A stretch of DNA of 60,877 nucleotides from positions 1 through 60,877 of the forward strand of contig CBFGIT010000018.1 of NCBI GenBank assembly GCA_965648905.1, given 5' to 3'. Source of the DNA: a candidate division WOR-3 bacterium. Lineage in GTDB: Bacteria > Hydrothermota > Tepidihabitantia > Tepidihabitantales > Tepidihabitantaceae. This document shows positions 20,721-30,258 of this stretch, piece after piece. A program made the translations under genes and the position numbers. Within the stretch, counting starts at the first letter, position 1. Each line of letters opens with the position of its first letter. The notes beneath the pieces are model-generated. The model saw only the letters and a list, made by a program, of their open reading frames with translations, did not search any database and was not told where the DNA came from.

Positions 20721-21065
20721 GTGACTTGGCTCGATACCACATTCTACTGGGGTACGGTCTCCCTTGCCACTTGGGCCGCCGCTTTGGTCGTCGCCGCCAG
20801 AGCGGCTTGGCCTGTCCCGGTCGGGGTCGCTCTGGCCGACGCCGGCCCTGGCGTTCTCCCTGCCGCGATGACTATCCCCGTGCCCGTCGCTCTGGTCCTG
20901 GCTCAGGTCTTGGCCGGCCGCATCGCTCCGACCTGCGCTCGGGTTTCGGCTCCGACTGTGGTTCTGGCCGTGGTTGGCACCGTCGCTCTCCTCGTTGCTT
21001 CAGGCGTTGCGCAGCACTATGAACGCCAACGGCACCGGGGATTCATTTGGGCTTCGGAGTTCTGA
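20721..21065 (+). CDS. Hypothetical hydrophobic protein or remnant
   Basis: 114-aa ORF with hydrophobic stretches; no family or SD recognised. Confidence 0.3.
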   Translation: MTWLDTTFYWGTVSLATWAAALVVAARAAWPVPVGVALADAGPGVLPAAMTIPVPVALVLAQVLAGRIAPTCARVSAPTVVLAVVGTVALLVASGVAQHYERQRHRGFIWASEF

Positions 21066-21123
21066 ATTCCGGACACAACAGGCCGGCAAGATGCTGACAG
21101 CAGACCAGGGTCACAAACCGCAC

Positions 21124-22038
21124 CTACCGGTCGAGCGCGTGCTCGAGAGCCCGGACGTTGTAGTCGAGCAGTTTCAGGTAGGTTCCGGCTTGAGGCAGGG
21201 AGCCGGTGGTTGACGCCAGCACCACAAGTCTCGCTCCGGTCTCACGCGCGAGAGTCGCGGGAACCTCTCGCGGCAGTTGCGGCTCGGTGCAGATTGCCCG
21301 CACCTTCTGCAACCGAATCATCTCAACCAGACCGGCCAGATACCTGGCCGACGGTTCCTGACCGGGCAGCGGCTCGATGCTTCCAGCGACCTCAAACCCG
21401 AACCGGCGGGCAAAGTAGGGCCAGGCATCATGGTGCGAGATGAGACGCCGGTCAGTCAGGGCTTGGACGAGCTTCTGCAGCGTGTCGGTCAGCCTGTCGA
21501 GCCGGCGCTGGTACTGCTCGACGCGCACCTGATAGAACCCGGCTCCGGCTGAGTCGATTCGGCCGAGCTCGCGTCCAATCGCGGAGCAGGCAACCTTCGC
21601 ATTCTCCGGGTCAAGCCAGACATGGGGATTGCCCAGCCGATGTTCATGCTCGTCGTGTGCGGCGACAAAGGACACGGACGGGAGTTCATCCGCCACGGTC
21701 AACACCGTCAGTTTTCTGTTGCCGGAGTTGACCACGAGACCATCAAGCCATTCTTCCAGGCCCAGCCCGACCCGCACAAGCAGGTCTGCTCCAGCAACCG
21801 CGCGCGCATCATCCGGCCCGGGCTCATAGGTGTGCGGGTTCTCAGCTCCGTGCAGCAGACTCTGCACTCTGACCCTGTTTCCGCCCACGTTCCTGACCCA
21901 GTCCGCCAAGTCGGGAATCGTAGTCACGACCCTGACCGGCCCGGCCGAAACCAGCCCGACCACCAGCAGCACCCCGCTGGCCCATCCTGCCCCTTGCCCC
22001 CCACCTTTCGTCCTTCGCCCTTCGTCCTTCACCCTCAT
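21124..22038 (-). CDS. znuA: Zn/Mn ABC substrate-binding protein
   Basis: NPHTYEP, HDEHEH loop, NPHVWLDP, HDAWPYF, EPS; ATGA overlap with znuB stop. Confidence 0.9.
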   Translation of the reverse strand: MRVKDEGRRTKGGGQGAGWASGVLLVVGLVSAGPVRVVTTIPDLADWVRNVGGNRVRVQSLLHGAENPHTYEPGPDDARAVAGADLLVRVGLGLEEWLDGLVVNSGNRKLTVLTVADELPSVSFVAAHDEHEHRLGNPHVWLDPENAKVACSAIGRELGRIDSAGAGFYQVRVEQYQRRLDRLTDTLQKLVQALTDRRLISHHDAWPYFARRFGFEVAGSIEPLPGQEPSARYLAGLVEMIRLQKVRAICTEPQLPREVPATLARETGARLVVLASTTGSLPQAGTYLKLLDYNVRALEHALDR

Positions 22039-22868
22039 TCCGCCTCCCTGCCGCACACCCGGCACTTCTTCCGCTTGGGCGAGAAGAGCGTCGCCGCGGC
22101 GAAGAACAAGGTTGCGACAATCACAATCGCTGCGCCGGACGGCACCTCAAGGTAGTACGAAACAACCAGCCCGACCGCGCAGGACACCACCCCGCACAGC
22201 CCGGAGAGGACGAACATCATGTTGTAGCGGTTGGTCAGTTGGTACGCGGTTGCAGCCGGAATCACCAGCAGAGCCTGAAGCAGAATGATGCCCACTGCCT
22301 TGAGCGAAAGCACGACCGTGAGTGACAGCAGGCCGAGCAGGAGCGCACTCAAGGCCTGAGTCGGCAGCCCGCTTGCCTGCGCCATCTCCTCGTCGAACGA
22401 GAGAAACTTCAGCTCTTTGTACAGCAGGCTGATTGTGCCGATAACCAGCGCCCCGAGCAGAATCATCGCCACGAGGTTGCCCTGGGTGATGCCGAGCACG
22501 TTGCCGAACAGATAACCGTAGATGCGTGCGTCGTACCGCTTCATCAGGCCGATGAACAGCACACCCAGCGCCATGGTGAAGGCGAAGAAGATGCCAATCG
22601 AAGCATCAAGCCGGATTTGCGCCCGCTTACCCGCGACCTGAATCAGCCCCGCGGTGCCGAGGCAGAAGACGACCGCGGTCAAGAGCGGGTTCAGGTTCAG
22701 GAGAAACCCGAGCGCCACCCCGCCGAACGCCGCATGGGCCAGGCCGGAGCCGGCAAACGCCATGCCGCGCAGAACCACGAAGACCCCGATGAAAGAACAC
22801 GTCAGGCCGACAACCAGCGAGCCCGCGAGTGCCCGCTGCATGAATGAGTACTGAAGGAAATCAAGCAT
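22035..22868 (-). CDS. znuB: Zn/Mn ABC permease
   Basis: FMQRAL, LAHAAFGG, YLFGN, SFDEE, IPAATA, PSGA. Confidence 0.92.
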   Translation of the reverse strand: MLDFLQYSFMQRALAGSLVVGLTCSFIGVFVVLRGMAFAGSGLAHAAFGGVALGFLLNLNPLLTAVVFCLGTAGLIQVAGKRAQIRLDASIGIFFAFTMALGVLFIGLMKRYDARIYGYLFGNVLGITQGNLVAMILLGALVIGTISLLYKELKFLSFDEEMAQASGLPTQALSALLLGLLSLTVVLSLKAVGIILLQALLVIPAATAYQLTNRYNMMFVLSGLCGVVSCAVGLVVSYYLEVPSGAAIVIVATLFFAAATLFSPKRKKCRVCGREAE

Positions 22869-23646
22869 GGCTGTCCCCGACCACGACGTACTTCCTGCCT
22901 TCCTGCTCGACCAGCACGACCCGGCCCTGGTACAAGGCCTCCAGGGTCTCTCGGTTCAGCACCTCCTCGCACCGACCGAACGCCCGCACGGTCCGGTTCA
23001 GGTACATCACCTTGTCCAGGCAGGGCAGGACTTCGTTGATGTCATGCGTGACGTACAGCGTCGTCAGCCCGCGCTCGCGGTGCAGCCGGTGCACCAGCTC
23101 GACGATTGCCTGCCGGGTCGAGACGTCAACCGCGGACGTCGGCTCGTCGAGCAGGAGTATCTCCGGTTCCTGGGCCAGAGCCCGGGCAATCAGCAGCCGC
23201 TGCTGCTGGCCGCCGGAAAGATGGCCGGCAACGTTATCAAGCATGTCACCCAGCCCGACCGCCTCGAGTGCGGCTCGTACCCGCTGCCGCTCAGTCGGGC
23301 CCGGACACCGGAACAACCCGACCGCGCCATACACACCCATCAGGGCAGCATCGAACACGCTGACCGGAAAGCGCGGGTCGATTGAGCGACGCTGGGGCAC
23401 GTAGCCGATTCTGCGCCGAACCGAAGCGAAGTCGCCGCCCCTGGTTTCGAGCACCGACACGCTTCCGGCCCCGGGTCGCTCCAGCCCGAGCACCACCCGC
23501 AGCAGGGTCGTCTTGCCGCTACCGTTCGGCCCGATGATGCCGAGAAACTCACCCTGGTGCAGCTCGAAGCTGACGTTCTCAAGCGCTACGCTCTGCGGAT
23601 AGGCGACTGTGACGCCTTCGAAGTGTATGACCGGCGCCCGACTCAT
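22861..23646 (-). CDS. znuC: Zn/Mn ABC ATPase
   Basis: [30 protein letters not shown]. Confidence 0.92.
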   Translation of the reverse strand: MSRAPVIHFEGVTVAYPQSVALENVSFELHQGEFLGIIGPNGSGKTTLLRVVLGLERPGAGSVSVLETRGGDFASVRRRIGYVPQRRSIDPRFPVSVFDAALMGVYGAVGLFRCPGPTERQRVRAALEAVGLGDMLDNVAGHLSGGQQQRLLIARALAQEPEILLLDEPTSAVDVSTRQAIVELVHRLHRERGLTTLYVTHDINEVLPCLDKVMYLNRTVRAFGRCEEVLNRETLEALYQGRVVLVEQEGRKYVVVGDSHA

Positions 23647-24086
23647 CCACGACCCCTTTCCCGACAGCCGGCGCAAAGCCCCTCGACCTGCAACCGGTGC
23701 CCGAGCACCTTGAACCCGGTGCGTGTCTCGACTCTTGACACCTGGCGCTCGAACGTGCACCCTTCAACCACGTCGACCGCACCGCAGCCGAGGCAGACCA
23801 GATGATGATGGTGCTTGCCCGGTCGGGCCCGGCAGGCAGCATAGTGCAGGGCGTTGTCGGAAAGCTCGACCCGAACCAGCACCCCGACCCGGGCCAGCTC
23901 CTCAAGGATGCGGTACACCGTCGGCAGCCCGAGCATACCGAGCTCAGGCCGCAGTTGCCTCCAGACCTGCTCCGGCGTTAGCGAGCCCTTCGCCCCGAGC
24001 AACAGCCGGGCAACGGCCAGACGGCGCGGCGTCACCTTCAGGCCCTGGCCACGCAGACTGGCACCGACACTTTCGTCGACGGTCAT
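23643..24086 (-). CDS. zur: Fur-family repressor, probably Zur
   Basis: TPRR, TVYRIL, HHHHLVCLGCG, GLCAGC; heads the znuCBA operon. Confidence 0.85.
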   Translation of the reverse strand: MTVDESVGASLRGQGLKVTPRRLAVARLLLGAKGSLTPEQVWRQLRPELGMLGLPTVYRILEELARVGVLVRVELSDNALHYAACRARPGKHHHHLVCLGCGAVDVVEGCTFERQVSRVETRTGFKVLGHRLQVEGLCAGCRERGRG

Positions 24087-24108
24087 AAATGGAATTGCTT
24101 TCTATTTA
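24086..24108. promoter_or_regulatory. Zur-box-like operator
   Basis: TAAATGGAA-TTGCT-TTCTATTTA imperfect palindrome between the -10 of a TTGACT-N16-TAAGCT promoter (24108-24135, minus) and the zur ATG. Confidence 0.75.
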
Positions 24109-24159
24109 GCTTACCCCCTCTGAGTCGCAAGTCAACACCTCGACAGGCCCGACGTCTGC

Positions 24160-24187
24160 TTGACACGCCGATGGCCTGGCCTAGAAT
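24160..24187 (+). promoter_or_regulatory. sigma70-like promoter
   Basis: TTGACA-N16-TAGAAT. Confidence 0.75.
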
Positions 24188-24203
24188 CTATCCAGGAGGC
24201 CGC

Positions 24204-24614
24204 GTGGAATCGTGCATAGTTGCCCTGGCCGCATTGCTCTTTGCGCCGGGCTTGTGCCCGGCCAACCCTGTCGCCGAGTACTTCCTCAGCGAGATTCAGG
24301 TTGCGCCTGACTCACTGGAGCGCATTGAAGTGCACATGTACACGCGTGAGCGCCCGTTCCCGGTGGACCTCTCCGGCTGGCGCGTGACCACCAGGACCTG
24401 TACCGCCTATGTTGACAGCGGCGTCATGCTGCTCGATGCTTCGGGTCGAAGAGTCATCGACCTTCACCCCGGTTCCAACGACGTCCGCCACCTCACCCCT
24501 GGCGTGTACTTCATCGCAACCCCCTCACCTTCTTCCTCTCCCCCTCAGGAGGAGAGGGCAGGAGTGAGGGGGCACGAACCGTCGCGCGTCACCAAAGTCA
24601 TACTCACAATGTAG
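24204..24614 (+). CDS. Short secreted protein with partial CTD, possibly internally deleted
   Basis: SD AGGAGG and GTG 24204; signal peptide; ends LLDASGRRV..PGVYF..KVILTM. Confidence 0.65.
   Translation: MESCIVALAALLFAPGLCPANPVAEYFLSEIQVAPDSLERIEVHMYTRERPFPVDLSGWRVTTRTCTAYVDSGVMLLDASGRRVIDLHPGSNDVRHLTPGVYFIATPSPSSSPPQEERAGVRGHEPSRVTKVILTM
24520..24572. repeat. REP-like palindrome inside a coding sequence
   Basis: CCCCCTCAC..CCTCTCC..GGAGAGG..GTGAGGGGG. Confidence 0.7.
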
Positions 24615-24620
24615 GCAGAC

Positions 24621-25610
24621 ATGAAACTGAAGCTATCGTCCCTGCTCTGCGCGGTCCTGCTCCCGGCCGCGCTCCTGGCCCAGAACGTCGATGTGGGCAT
24701 CGAGTGGGCGGGACCGTTGCCGGACACGGTTGCCCCCGGGTACGTATTCTTCCCTGCTGCCCGGTGTACGAACTACACAGAGCTGCCTGCCTCAGGGAGT
24801 GTCATGTTGTCAGTCACCGATCCGTACGGGGTGAGAATCTACTCCATCGTCCAGCCTGTGCTTGTTCCCGGGCTGTTCGCAATCGTGGTGAGCTTTCCGA
24901 CCCTCGGACCGTTCCTCTTTCCCGGCGACTATGTTGCCGCCTGCACACTACTGATGTACAACGACACCACCCCGGGCAACGACACGGTGTGGCACTGCTT
25001 CCACGTCCGCAGGCCTGGCGTCGACGTCGGCGTTACGTGGGACCCATCGATGCCTGACACCATTGACAGCACATGGAACGTGACCCTTCGGGCACGGGTC
25101 ACAGTCTACAGGCTGAGCGGCGCAATCAACCTCGACGTCTTCTGCCGTGTCTGGCGCGGTCAGTACATTGTCTACGAGGAAGTGCTGGGACTCCTCGGCT
25201 TCACCGGATTGGACACAGTCCTGACCTTCCCGGACATGCTGGGCGGCTTCTACCCGGTCGTCGCGGCATGCTGGGTGGCCGTCGCGCATGATACCTACCC
25301 GGCGAACGACACCGCATGGTGGCGTCCGTACCTGCGTGGCAGCGCTGTCGAAGAACCGGATCAATCCACACTCCTTTCGGCAGAGCCTCGCACGCTTTCG
25401 ACTCACTTCTCCCGTTCAGTCATCATCCGCTGCCGCAAGCCCGCACCGGTGCTCATCTACGACGCCTGCGGCAGCCTGGTGCGGACGCTCGCCCCTGCGC
25501 GTGAGGTCATCTGGGATGGCCGTGACCGGTTCGGCCGCAACGCGCCGGTCGGGGTGTACAGTGTCTGCTGCGGACCGAACCTATCGGCCCGCGTGGTCAA
25601 GACGCGGTAG
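24621..25610 (+). CDS. Secreted protein with two CARDB/Ig-like domains and FlgD-like/T9SS CTD
   Basis: Signal peptide; two DVG..D..P.NDT modules; IYDACGSLVRTL..WDGRD..G..APVGVY. Confidence 0.8.
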   Translation: MKLKLSSLLCAVLLPAALLAQNVDVGIEWAGPLPDTVAPGYVFFPAARCTNYTELPASGSVMLSVTDPYGVRIYSIVQPVLVPGLFAIVVSFPTLGPFLFPGDYVAACTLLMYNDTTPGNDTVWHCFHVRRPGVDVGVTWDPSMPDTIDSTWNVTLRARVTVYRLSGAINLDVFCRVWRGQYIVYEEVLGLLGFTGLDTVLTFPDMLGGFYPVVAACWVAVAHDTYPANDTAWWRPYLRGSAVEEPDQSTLLSAEPRTLSTHFSRSVIIRCRKPAPVLIYDACGSLVRTLAPAREVIWDGRDRFGRNAPVGVYSVCCGPNLSARVVKTR

Positions 25611-25790
25611 AACAGGAGCAAGTCCGAAGCTCGAAGCCCGAATTCCGAAATCCGGACCTTGGCGTCTCCTGGCGCACTTGGCGGTTCACCATCCCGCCGC
25701 TTCAGCCCGAGCCGCTCGCGGAGCCTGTCCCGCGCGACACCGATGACGCCTCACCCGGCTCAGCATGACCGGGCACACTCGTCTCCGCTG

Positions 25791-25832
25791 TTCTGCCCTC
25801 TGCCCTCTGGCTTCTAGATTCTGACTTCGACC
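25791..25832. repeat. Degenerate heptamer run
   Basis: TTCTGCC CTCTGCC CTCTGGC TTCTAGA TTCTGAC TTCGACC. Confidence 0.7.
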
Positions 25833-25841
25833 GACCCCGGA

Positions 25842-26702
25842 CTACAGCTTCGCCTTGAGCGCCGCGCCGAGGTCGCCCGGCTCGTAGATGACCTCGACGC
25901 CCGCGGCCTCAAACGCCTTGATTTTCTCCGGGGCTGTGCCTGAGCCACCCGAGATAATCGCGCCGGCATGGCCCATGCGCTTGCCCGGCGGCGCAGTCTG
26001 GCCCGCGATGAACCCGAACACGGGCTTTCGGCAGTTCGCCTTCACCCATTCGGCTGCCCGCTCTTCGTCCGTGCCGCCGATTTCGCCCACGACCACAATC
26101 GCCTTGGTCTCCGGGTCTCTGTTGAAAAGCTCCAGGCAGTCGATGAAGTTCGTGCCGATGACCGGGTCGCCGCCGATGCCCACAACCGTGGACTGACCGA
26201 ACTCCTCGGTTTGGCTCGCGACCTCATAGGTCAGTGTTCCGGAGCGCGATACGACGCCGACCACGCCCGGCTTGAAGCTGGCCGCAGGCATGATTCCGAG
26301 TTTGGCCTTGCCCGGCGAGATGCAGCCCGGGCAGTTGGGCCCGAGGATTTGGGTCTTCTTGTCGCGGGCATAGTCAAGCACCCGAACCATGTCCAGGGTC
26401 GGCACGCCTTCGGTGACGCAAACCACCAGGTCGAGACCTGCGGCCACGCCCTCAAGCATCGCATCGGTGGCAAACGACGCCGGCACGAAGATGATGGACG
26501 CATTCGCCCCGGTCTTCTCTACCGCGTCCTCGACCGAGTCAAAGACCGGAATGCCCTCGACCAGTTGCCCGCCTTTGCCCGGCGTGACCCCGCCCACGAC
26601 CTGAGTGCCATAGTCCTTCATCGCCTTAGCATGAAACGCGCCGTCGCGGCCCGTGATGCCCTGGACGATGACCCGAGTTTTCTTGTCTATCAGGATGCTC
26701 AT
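25842..26702 (-). CDS. sucD: Succinyl-CoA ligase alpha subunit
   Basis: [37 protein letters not shown]. Confidence 0.97.
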   Translation of the reverse strand: MSILIDKKTRVIVQGITGRDGAFHAKAMKDYGTQVVGGVTPGKGGQLVEGIPVFDSVEDAVEKTGANASIIFVPASFATDAMLEGVAAGLDLVVCVTEGVPTLDMVRVLDYARDKKTQILGPNCPGCISPGKAKLGIMPAASFKPGVVGVVSRSGTLTYEVASQTEEFGQSTVVGIGGDPVIGTNFIDCLELFNRDPETKAIVVVGEIGGTDEERAAEWVKANCRKPVFGFIAGQTAPPGKRMGHAGAIISGGSGTAPEKIKAFEAAGVEVIYEPGDLGAALKAKL

Positions 26703-26732
26703 GACCGGCTCCGTTCTTCGTCAGGTCCGCAC

Positions 26733-26767
26733 TTCTGCAATCTGCATTCTGACTTCTGAGTTCTGAG
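26733..26767. repeat. Degenerate heptamer run between sucC and sucD
   Basis: TTCTGCA ATCTGCA TTCTGAC TTCTGAG TTCTGAG. Confidence 0.7.
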
Positions 26768-26781
26768 TTCGCCCGCGCTCC

Positions 26782-27921
26782 TCATCTCGCCCCTCCCGCC
26801 AAAGCCACGGCCTGCTTCACGGCGTCGGCCATGGTCGTGGCGCCCGTGACCGGGCTGCCCCTGAGTATCTCCCGTGCCTTGTCGGCATTGGTGCCGGTCA
26901 GACGCGCGACAATCGGCACCCTGATATCGGCCGTCTGCCGCGCCTGAAGGAGGCCGGTGGCGATGTCGTCACACCGGGTGATGCCGCCGAAGATGTTCAC
27001 GAGTATCGCCCTGACGTTCGGGTCGGACAGGATGATGCGCATCGCGGTCACCATCTTCTCTGGCGACGACGAGCCGCCCACGTCGAGGAAGTTGGCCGGC
27101 TCGCCGCCATAGCGCTTGATAAGGTCCATGGTCGCCATGGCCAGGCCGGCTCCGTTCACCACACAGCCGACATTGCCCGACAACTTGATGTAGGAAAGCC
27201 CGGCGGCCTTGGCTTCGACTTCTTTCGGCTCCTCGGCCGAAAGGTCACGCATCGCCTCCCATTCCTTGTGTCGGAAATCGGCGTTGTCGTCGAAGTTGAT
27301 TTTGGCGTCCAGGGCCAGCAGCGCGCCTGAGCCGAGTCTCACCAGCGGGTTGATTTCGATGAGCGAGCAGTCCTTCTCCACGAAGATGCGGTACAGCTTC
27401 TGGGCAATCGCCGTGAAGTCCCGGGCCAGCTTCGCGTCGCCGAACAGGGCCATGCCCGCATTGCGCGCCTGAAAAGAGAGCAGGCCCAGCCCCGGGTCAA
27501 TCTGCACCTTGAGAATCTTCTCCGGCGCAGTCCGCGCAACCTCTTCGATTTCCACACCGCCCGCGGCCGACGCCATCAGCACGGCCTTACGGCTTGAGCG
27601 GTCCACAATGATACCGACGTAGTACTCTGCCTTGATGTCTGCGCACTCAGACACCAGCACCTTGTTCACCTTCAGGCCCTTGATGTCCATGCCCAGGATG
27701 CTCGCCGCGGTCTTCTGGACCGTGTCAGCCACCTCGACCTTCTTCACGCCGCCGGCCTTACCCCGGCCGCCGACCAGCACCTGTGCCTTGATTACTACGG
27801 GCAGCCCGATGTCGCGCGCGGCGGCAGCGGCCTCAGCCGGGGTCGCGGCCACGCGCTCCCTCGGAACCGGAATCCCGTAGGCTGCGAATATCTCTTTTGC
27901 CTGGAACTCGTGAATCTTCAT
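26782..27921 (-). CDS. sucC: Succinyl-CoA ligase beta subunit
   Basis: MKIHEFQAK, KAQVLVGGRGKAGG, EINPL, NGAGLAMATMD, ANFLDVGG, NIFGGITRCD. Confidence 0.97.
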   Translation of the reverse strand: MKIHEFQAKEIFAAYGIPVPRERVAATPAEAAAAARDIGLPVVIKAQVLVGGRGKAGGVKKVEVADTVQKTAASILGMDIKGLKVNKVLVSECADIKAEYYVGIIVDRSSRKAVLMASAAGGVEIEEVARTAPEKILKVQIDPGLGLLSFQARNAGMALFGDAKLARDFTAIAQKLYRIFVEKDCSLIEINPLVRLGSGALLALDAKINFDDNADFRHKEWEAMRDLSAEEPKEVEAKAAGLSYIKLSGNVGCVVNGAGLAMATMDLIKRYGGEPANFLDVGGSSSPEKMVTAMRIILSDPNVRAILVNIFGGITRCDDIATGLLQARQTADIRVPIVARLTGTNADKAREILRGSPVTGATTMADAVKQAVALAGGAR

Positions 27922-27930
27922 GGTGCCAGA

Positions 27931-27958
27931 ACTGTAGCCGAAACCACTCCGGAGTCAA
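27931..27958 (-). promoter_or_regulatory. sucC promoter (near-leaderless)
   Basis: TTGACT-N16-TACAGT, ATG 9 nt downstream. Confidence 0.65.
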
Positions 27959-27981
27959 GCCACGGTGGCAGACTCAGTGAG

Positions 27982-28011
27982 CAGCCGGCCCTGCAACCGC
28001 AGGGCCGGCTG
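27982..28011 (-). terminator. Stem-loop after the lipoprotein gene
   Basis: CAGCCGGCCCTGC-AACC-GCAGGGCCGGCTG. Confidence 0.6.
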
Positions 28012-28034
28012 GGTTCATTGCCCGGTGAGCAGGA

Positions 28035-28682
28035 CTACCTCTTGCCGGGCAGCGGTTCAATCGGCTTGTCTATCTTAATGATGGTCTTCTTTATGGTGCT
28101 GTTCATCTTCAGAGTATCCGGTGGCGGGAAAGGCAGAGGCCCGACCAGCAACCCGACCCTGAACTGGACCATCTCTTGTGCGAACTTTTGGTATGGCGGC
28201 CCGGCCTCGCCCACACCGGCCGGCCACTTACTGAGCACGTCCTTGACCGTGGTCCAGACCTCACCGGCAGGAACAAGCGCGTCTTTCACGACCACGAGCT
28301 GCTTCGCGCTCCACTGCTCGATGCTTATACCCGGAGCGTCAGCCGGCACGGTTCCTGGCGGCACCATGTGGCAGACGCAGAACCATCCGGTCTTGTCTTC
28401 GCCTGGTACGGCCGGGCCGTCGTAGTAGACGGCGAACGGCTTTGTCTCTGGCGGCAGGTCAAACTGCTGCGCGTTAACCCAGGCCATCAACTCGGTCATC
28501 AGCGCATCAACGCCAGAGTACGGCCCGTACTGCCACTTCACGGCCACGGTCATCACCGGCAGCGTATCCACCGCGATGACAACTGGAACTTTCGGTGGCG
28601 GCTTTGGCGGCTGGGGGCAACCGACAAAGGCCACAGCCATCAGCAGCAGAGACGCCACGAGCACCAGTCTGTTTCTCATCAT
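28035..28682 (-). CDS. Lipoprotein with GyrI-like small-molecule-binding domain
   Basis: SD AAGGAG; lipobox FVGC; GPY..V...M.EL.AW, PFAVYYDGP. Confidence 0.7.
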   Translation of the reverse strand: MMRNRLVLVASLLLMAVAFVGCPQPPKPPPKVPVVIAVDTLPVMTVAVKWQYGPYSGVDALMTELMAWVNAQQFDLPPETKPFAVYYDGPAVPGEDKTGWFCVCHMVPPGTVPADAPGISIEQWSAKQLVVVKDALVPAGEVWTTVKDVLSKWPAGVGEAGPPYQKFAQEMVQFRVGLLVGPLPFPPPDTLKMNSTIKKTIIKIDKPIEPLPGKR

Positions 28683-28786
28683 CTGCTCTCCTTTGCGATA
28701 ATGAACTCCCCCGGCGCCCGGGCCTTCTGACACGCGCGGCCCTGGGTCCGGCCTGAGTGTCGCCGGCCCGGCTCACCGGGTAAGCC

Positions 28787-28814
28787 ATCATAGGCCGCAC
28801 CCAGGCCATGTCAA
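28787..28814 (-). promoter_or_regulatory. sigma70-like promoter
   Basis: TTGACA-N16-TATGAT. Confidence 0.75.
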
Positions 28815-28944
28815 GAACCGCCCCCGACCCTGAATCCGGGGTTGCCAGCCATCGATGCGGATGTTTTCGTTAACTCCTTCCAAGCTCTCGACCTTCATCA
28901 CCAGTGCGCCTTGGATTACGACGGGATTGTAGACATCACACTGC

Positions 28945-28972
28945 TTAACACTTGCCTGACATAGCTCTTATA
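28945..28972 (+). promoter_or_regulatory. Pho-box-like direct repeats, pst operon 1
   Basis: TTAACA, CTGACA, CTTATA at 11-bp period. Confidence 0.6.
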
Positions 28973-29052
28973 CGCGGTTAGCCGGCCTCCAGTAACCTGT
29001 CCCACCGAGGCAGAAAAGCCGAACACAGACCGACCAAAAAGGAGACCTGAGT

Positions 29053-30234
29053 ATGAAAAAAACCGCACTGGTTCTGCTCGCCGCGATGCTTGCGAGCACG
29101 AGCCTGTTCGCACTCGACCCGGGCCAGACCGAACTCGAGTACAACGGCTGGGCCCGCTATACGAACAAGGCGACCGCGTTCAAAGTGACCGACCCGACGA
29201 CAAGCGCGTTCAATCTTGAACGCGGTTACATCCGGCTATCCCACCAGTGGGCGCCGCACCTGTTCACCAAGTTCACGGTCGATATCCTCTCTTCCGACAA
29301 GTACAGCGATGGAGCCTCGGTTCGAATCAAGGAGGCTTACCTGGACTACGCGCTGCCGCTTAAGGACTTCAATTTCACCGTCGGCTGCCAGAAACACTAC
29401 TTCGGTCTCGTCTACTCCTGGGACTACACTCATCCGGATAAGGAGCTGTCCGATGACCGCAGTGTGGCGGCAAGCTCAGAATACGGCGCAACGATCAACG
29501 GTTTCCTTCCGTCCGGACTCGGTGAACTCCAGCTCGGCGTTTACAACGGCGAGGGCTACAAGTACGCCGGCAAGTACGTAAACGCCTCGCCGGAGCTACT
29601 CGGCAATCTACGCCTTACGCCACTTGCTGGGATTCAGGTCGGCGCTTCGGCCTACACCAATGCCGAAGACAAGTCCCTGTACAAGAACGACCAGAGCAAG
29701 GGCACGCTCAGCTCGGACAAGAAAAAGGTCTTCTTGCCCGACACCGCGAACAAGAGCCGTCTTGGTCTGGCCCCGATGCTCAGATTGGCGCTCGGCCCGG
29801 TATCGGTCACCGGTGAGTACATCATCTACAACTACTCGCGCGAGTACAGCTACTACAAAGCCGATTCGGCTGCCGGCGGCACGGTCACCGATTCGACCAA
29901 ACACGTCAGCACCAAGAAGTACGAGCAGTCCGGTCTGGACCTGATGCCGCTCTTTGTCTTGCCCGGCCGCAAGGTCGAGATATTCGGCCGCTTCAGCATG
30001 TGGGAGCGCAAGGAAGAACACGACGGCGCAATGCAGGTCGCTGAGGACAAGAGCTTCACCCGCTACGGCGCCGGGTTCAACTACCACTTTGCCCGCCGGC
30101 CTTCAGGCAAGCCCGGAGCCGCGTTCCAGCTTGCCTGGTCGCGCGAGCAGGCCAAGAAGGAAGGCACTGATCCGGTAGACACTTTTATTGCCCAGTTCCG
30201 CATGGAGTGGAACCGGGTGTTCGGCGCAGAATAG
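29053..30234 (+). CDS. Outer-membrane beta-barrel, probable phosphate porin
   Basis: Signal peptide; FNLERGYIRL, RIKEAYLDY, GVYNGEG; heads the pst operon. Confidence 0.7.
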   Translation: MKKTALVLLAAMLASTSLFALDPGQTELEYNGWARYTNKATAFKVTDPTTSAFNLERGYIRLSHQWAPHLFTKFTVDILSSDKYSDGASVRIKEAYLDYALPLKDFNFTVGCQKHYFGLVYSWDYTHPDKELSDDRSVAASSEYGATINGFLPSGLGELQLGVYNGEGYKYAGKYVNASPELLGNLRLTPLAGIQVGASAYTNAEDKSLYKNDQSKGTLSSDKKKVFLPDTANKSRLGLAPMLRLALGPVSVTGEYIIYNYSREYSYYKADSAAGGTVTDSTKHVSTKKYEQSGLDLMPLFVLPGRKVEIFGRFSMWERKEEHDGAMQVAEDKSFTRYGAGFNYHFARRPSGKPGAAFQLAWSREQAKKEGTDPVDTFIAQFRMEWNRVFGAE

Positions 30235-30258
30235 CACTAACCTTAAGGAGAAGAAACC

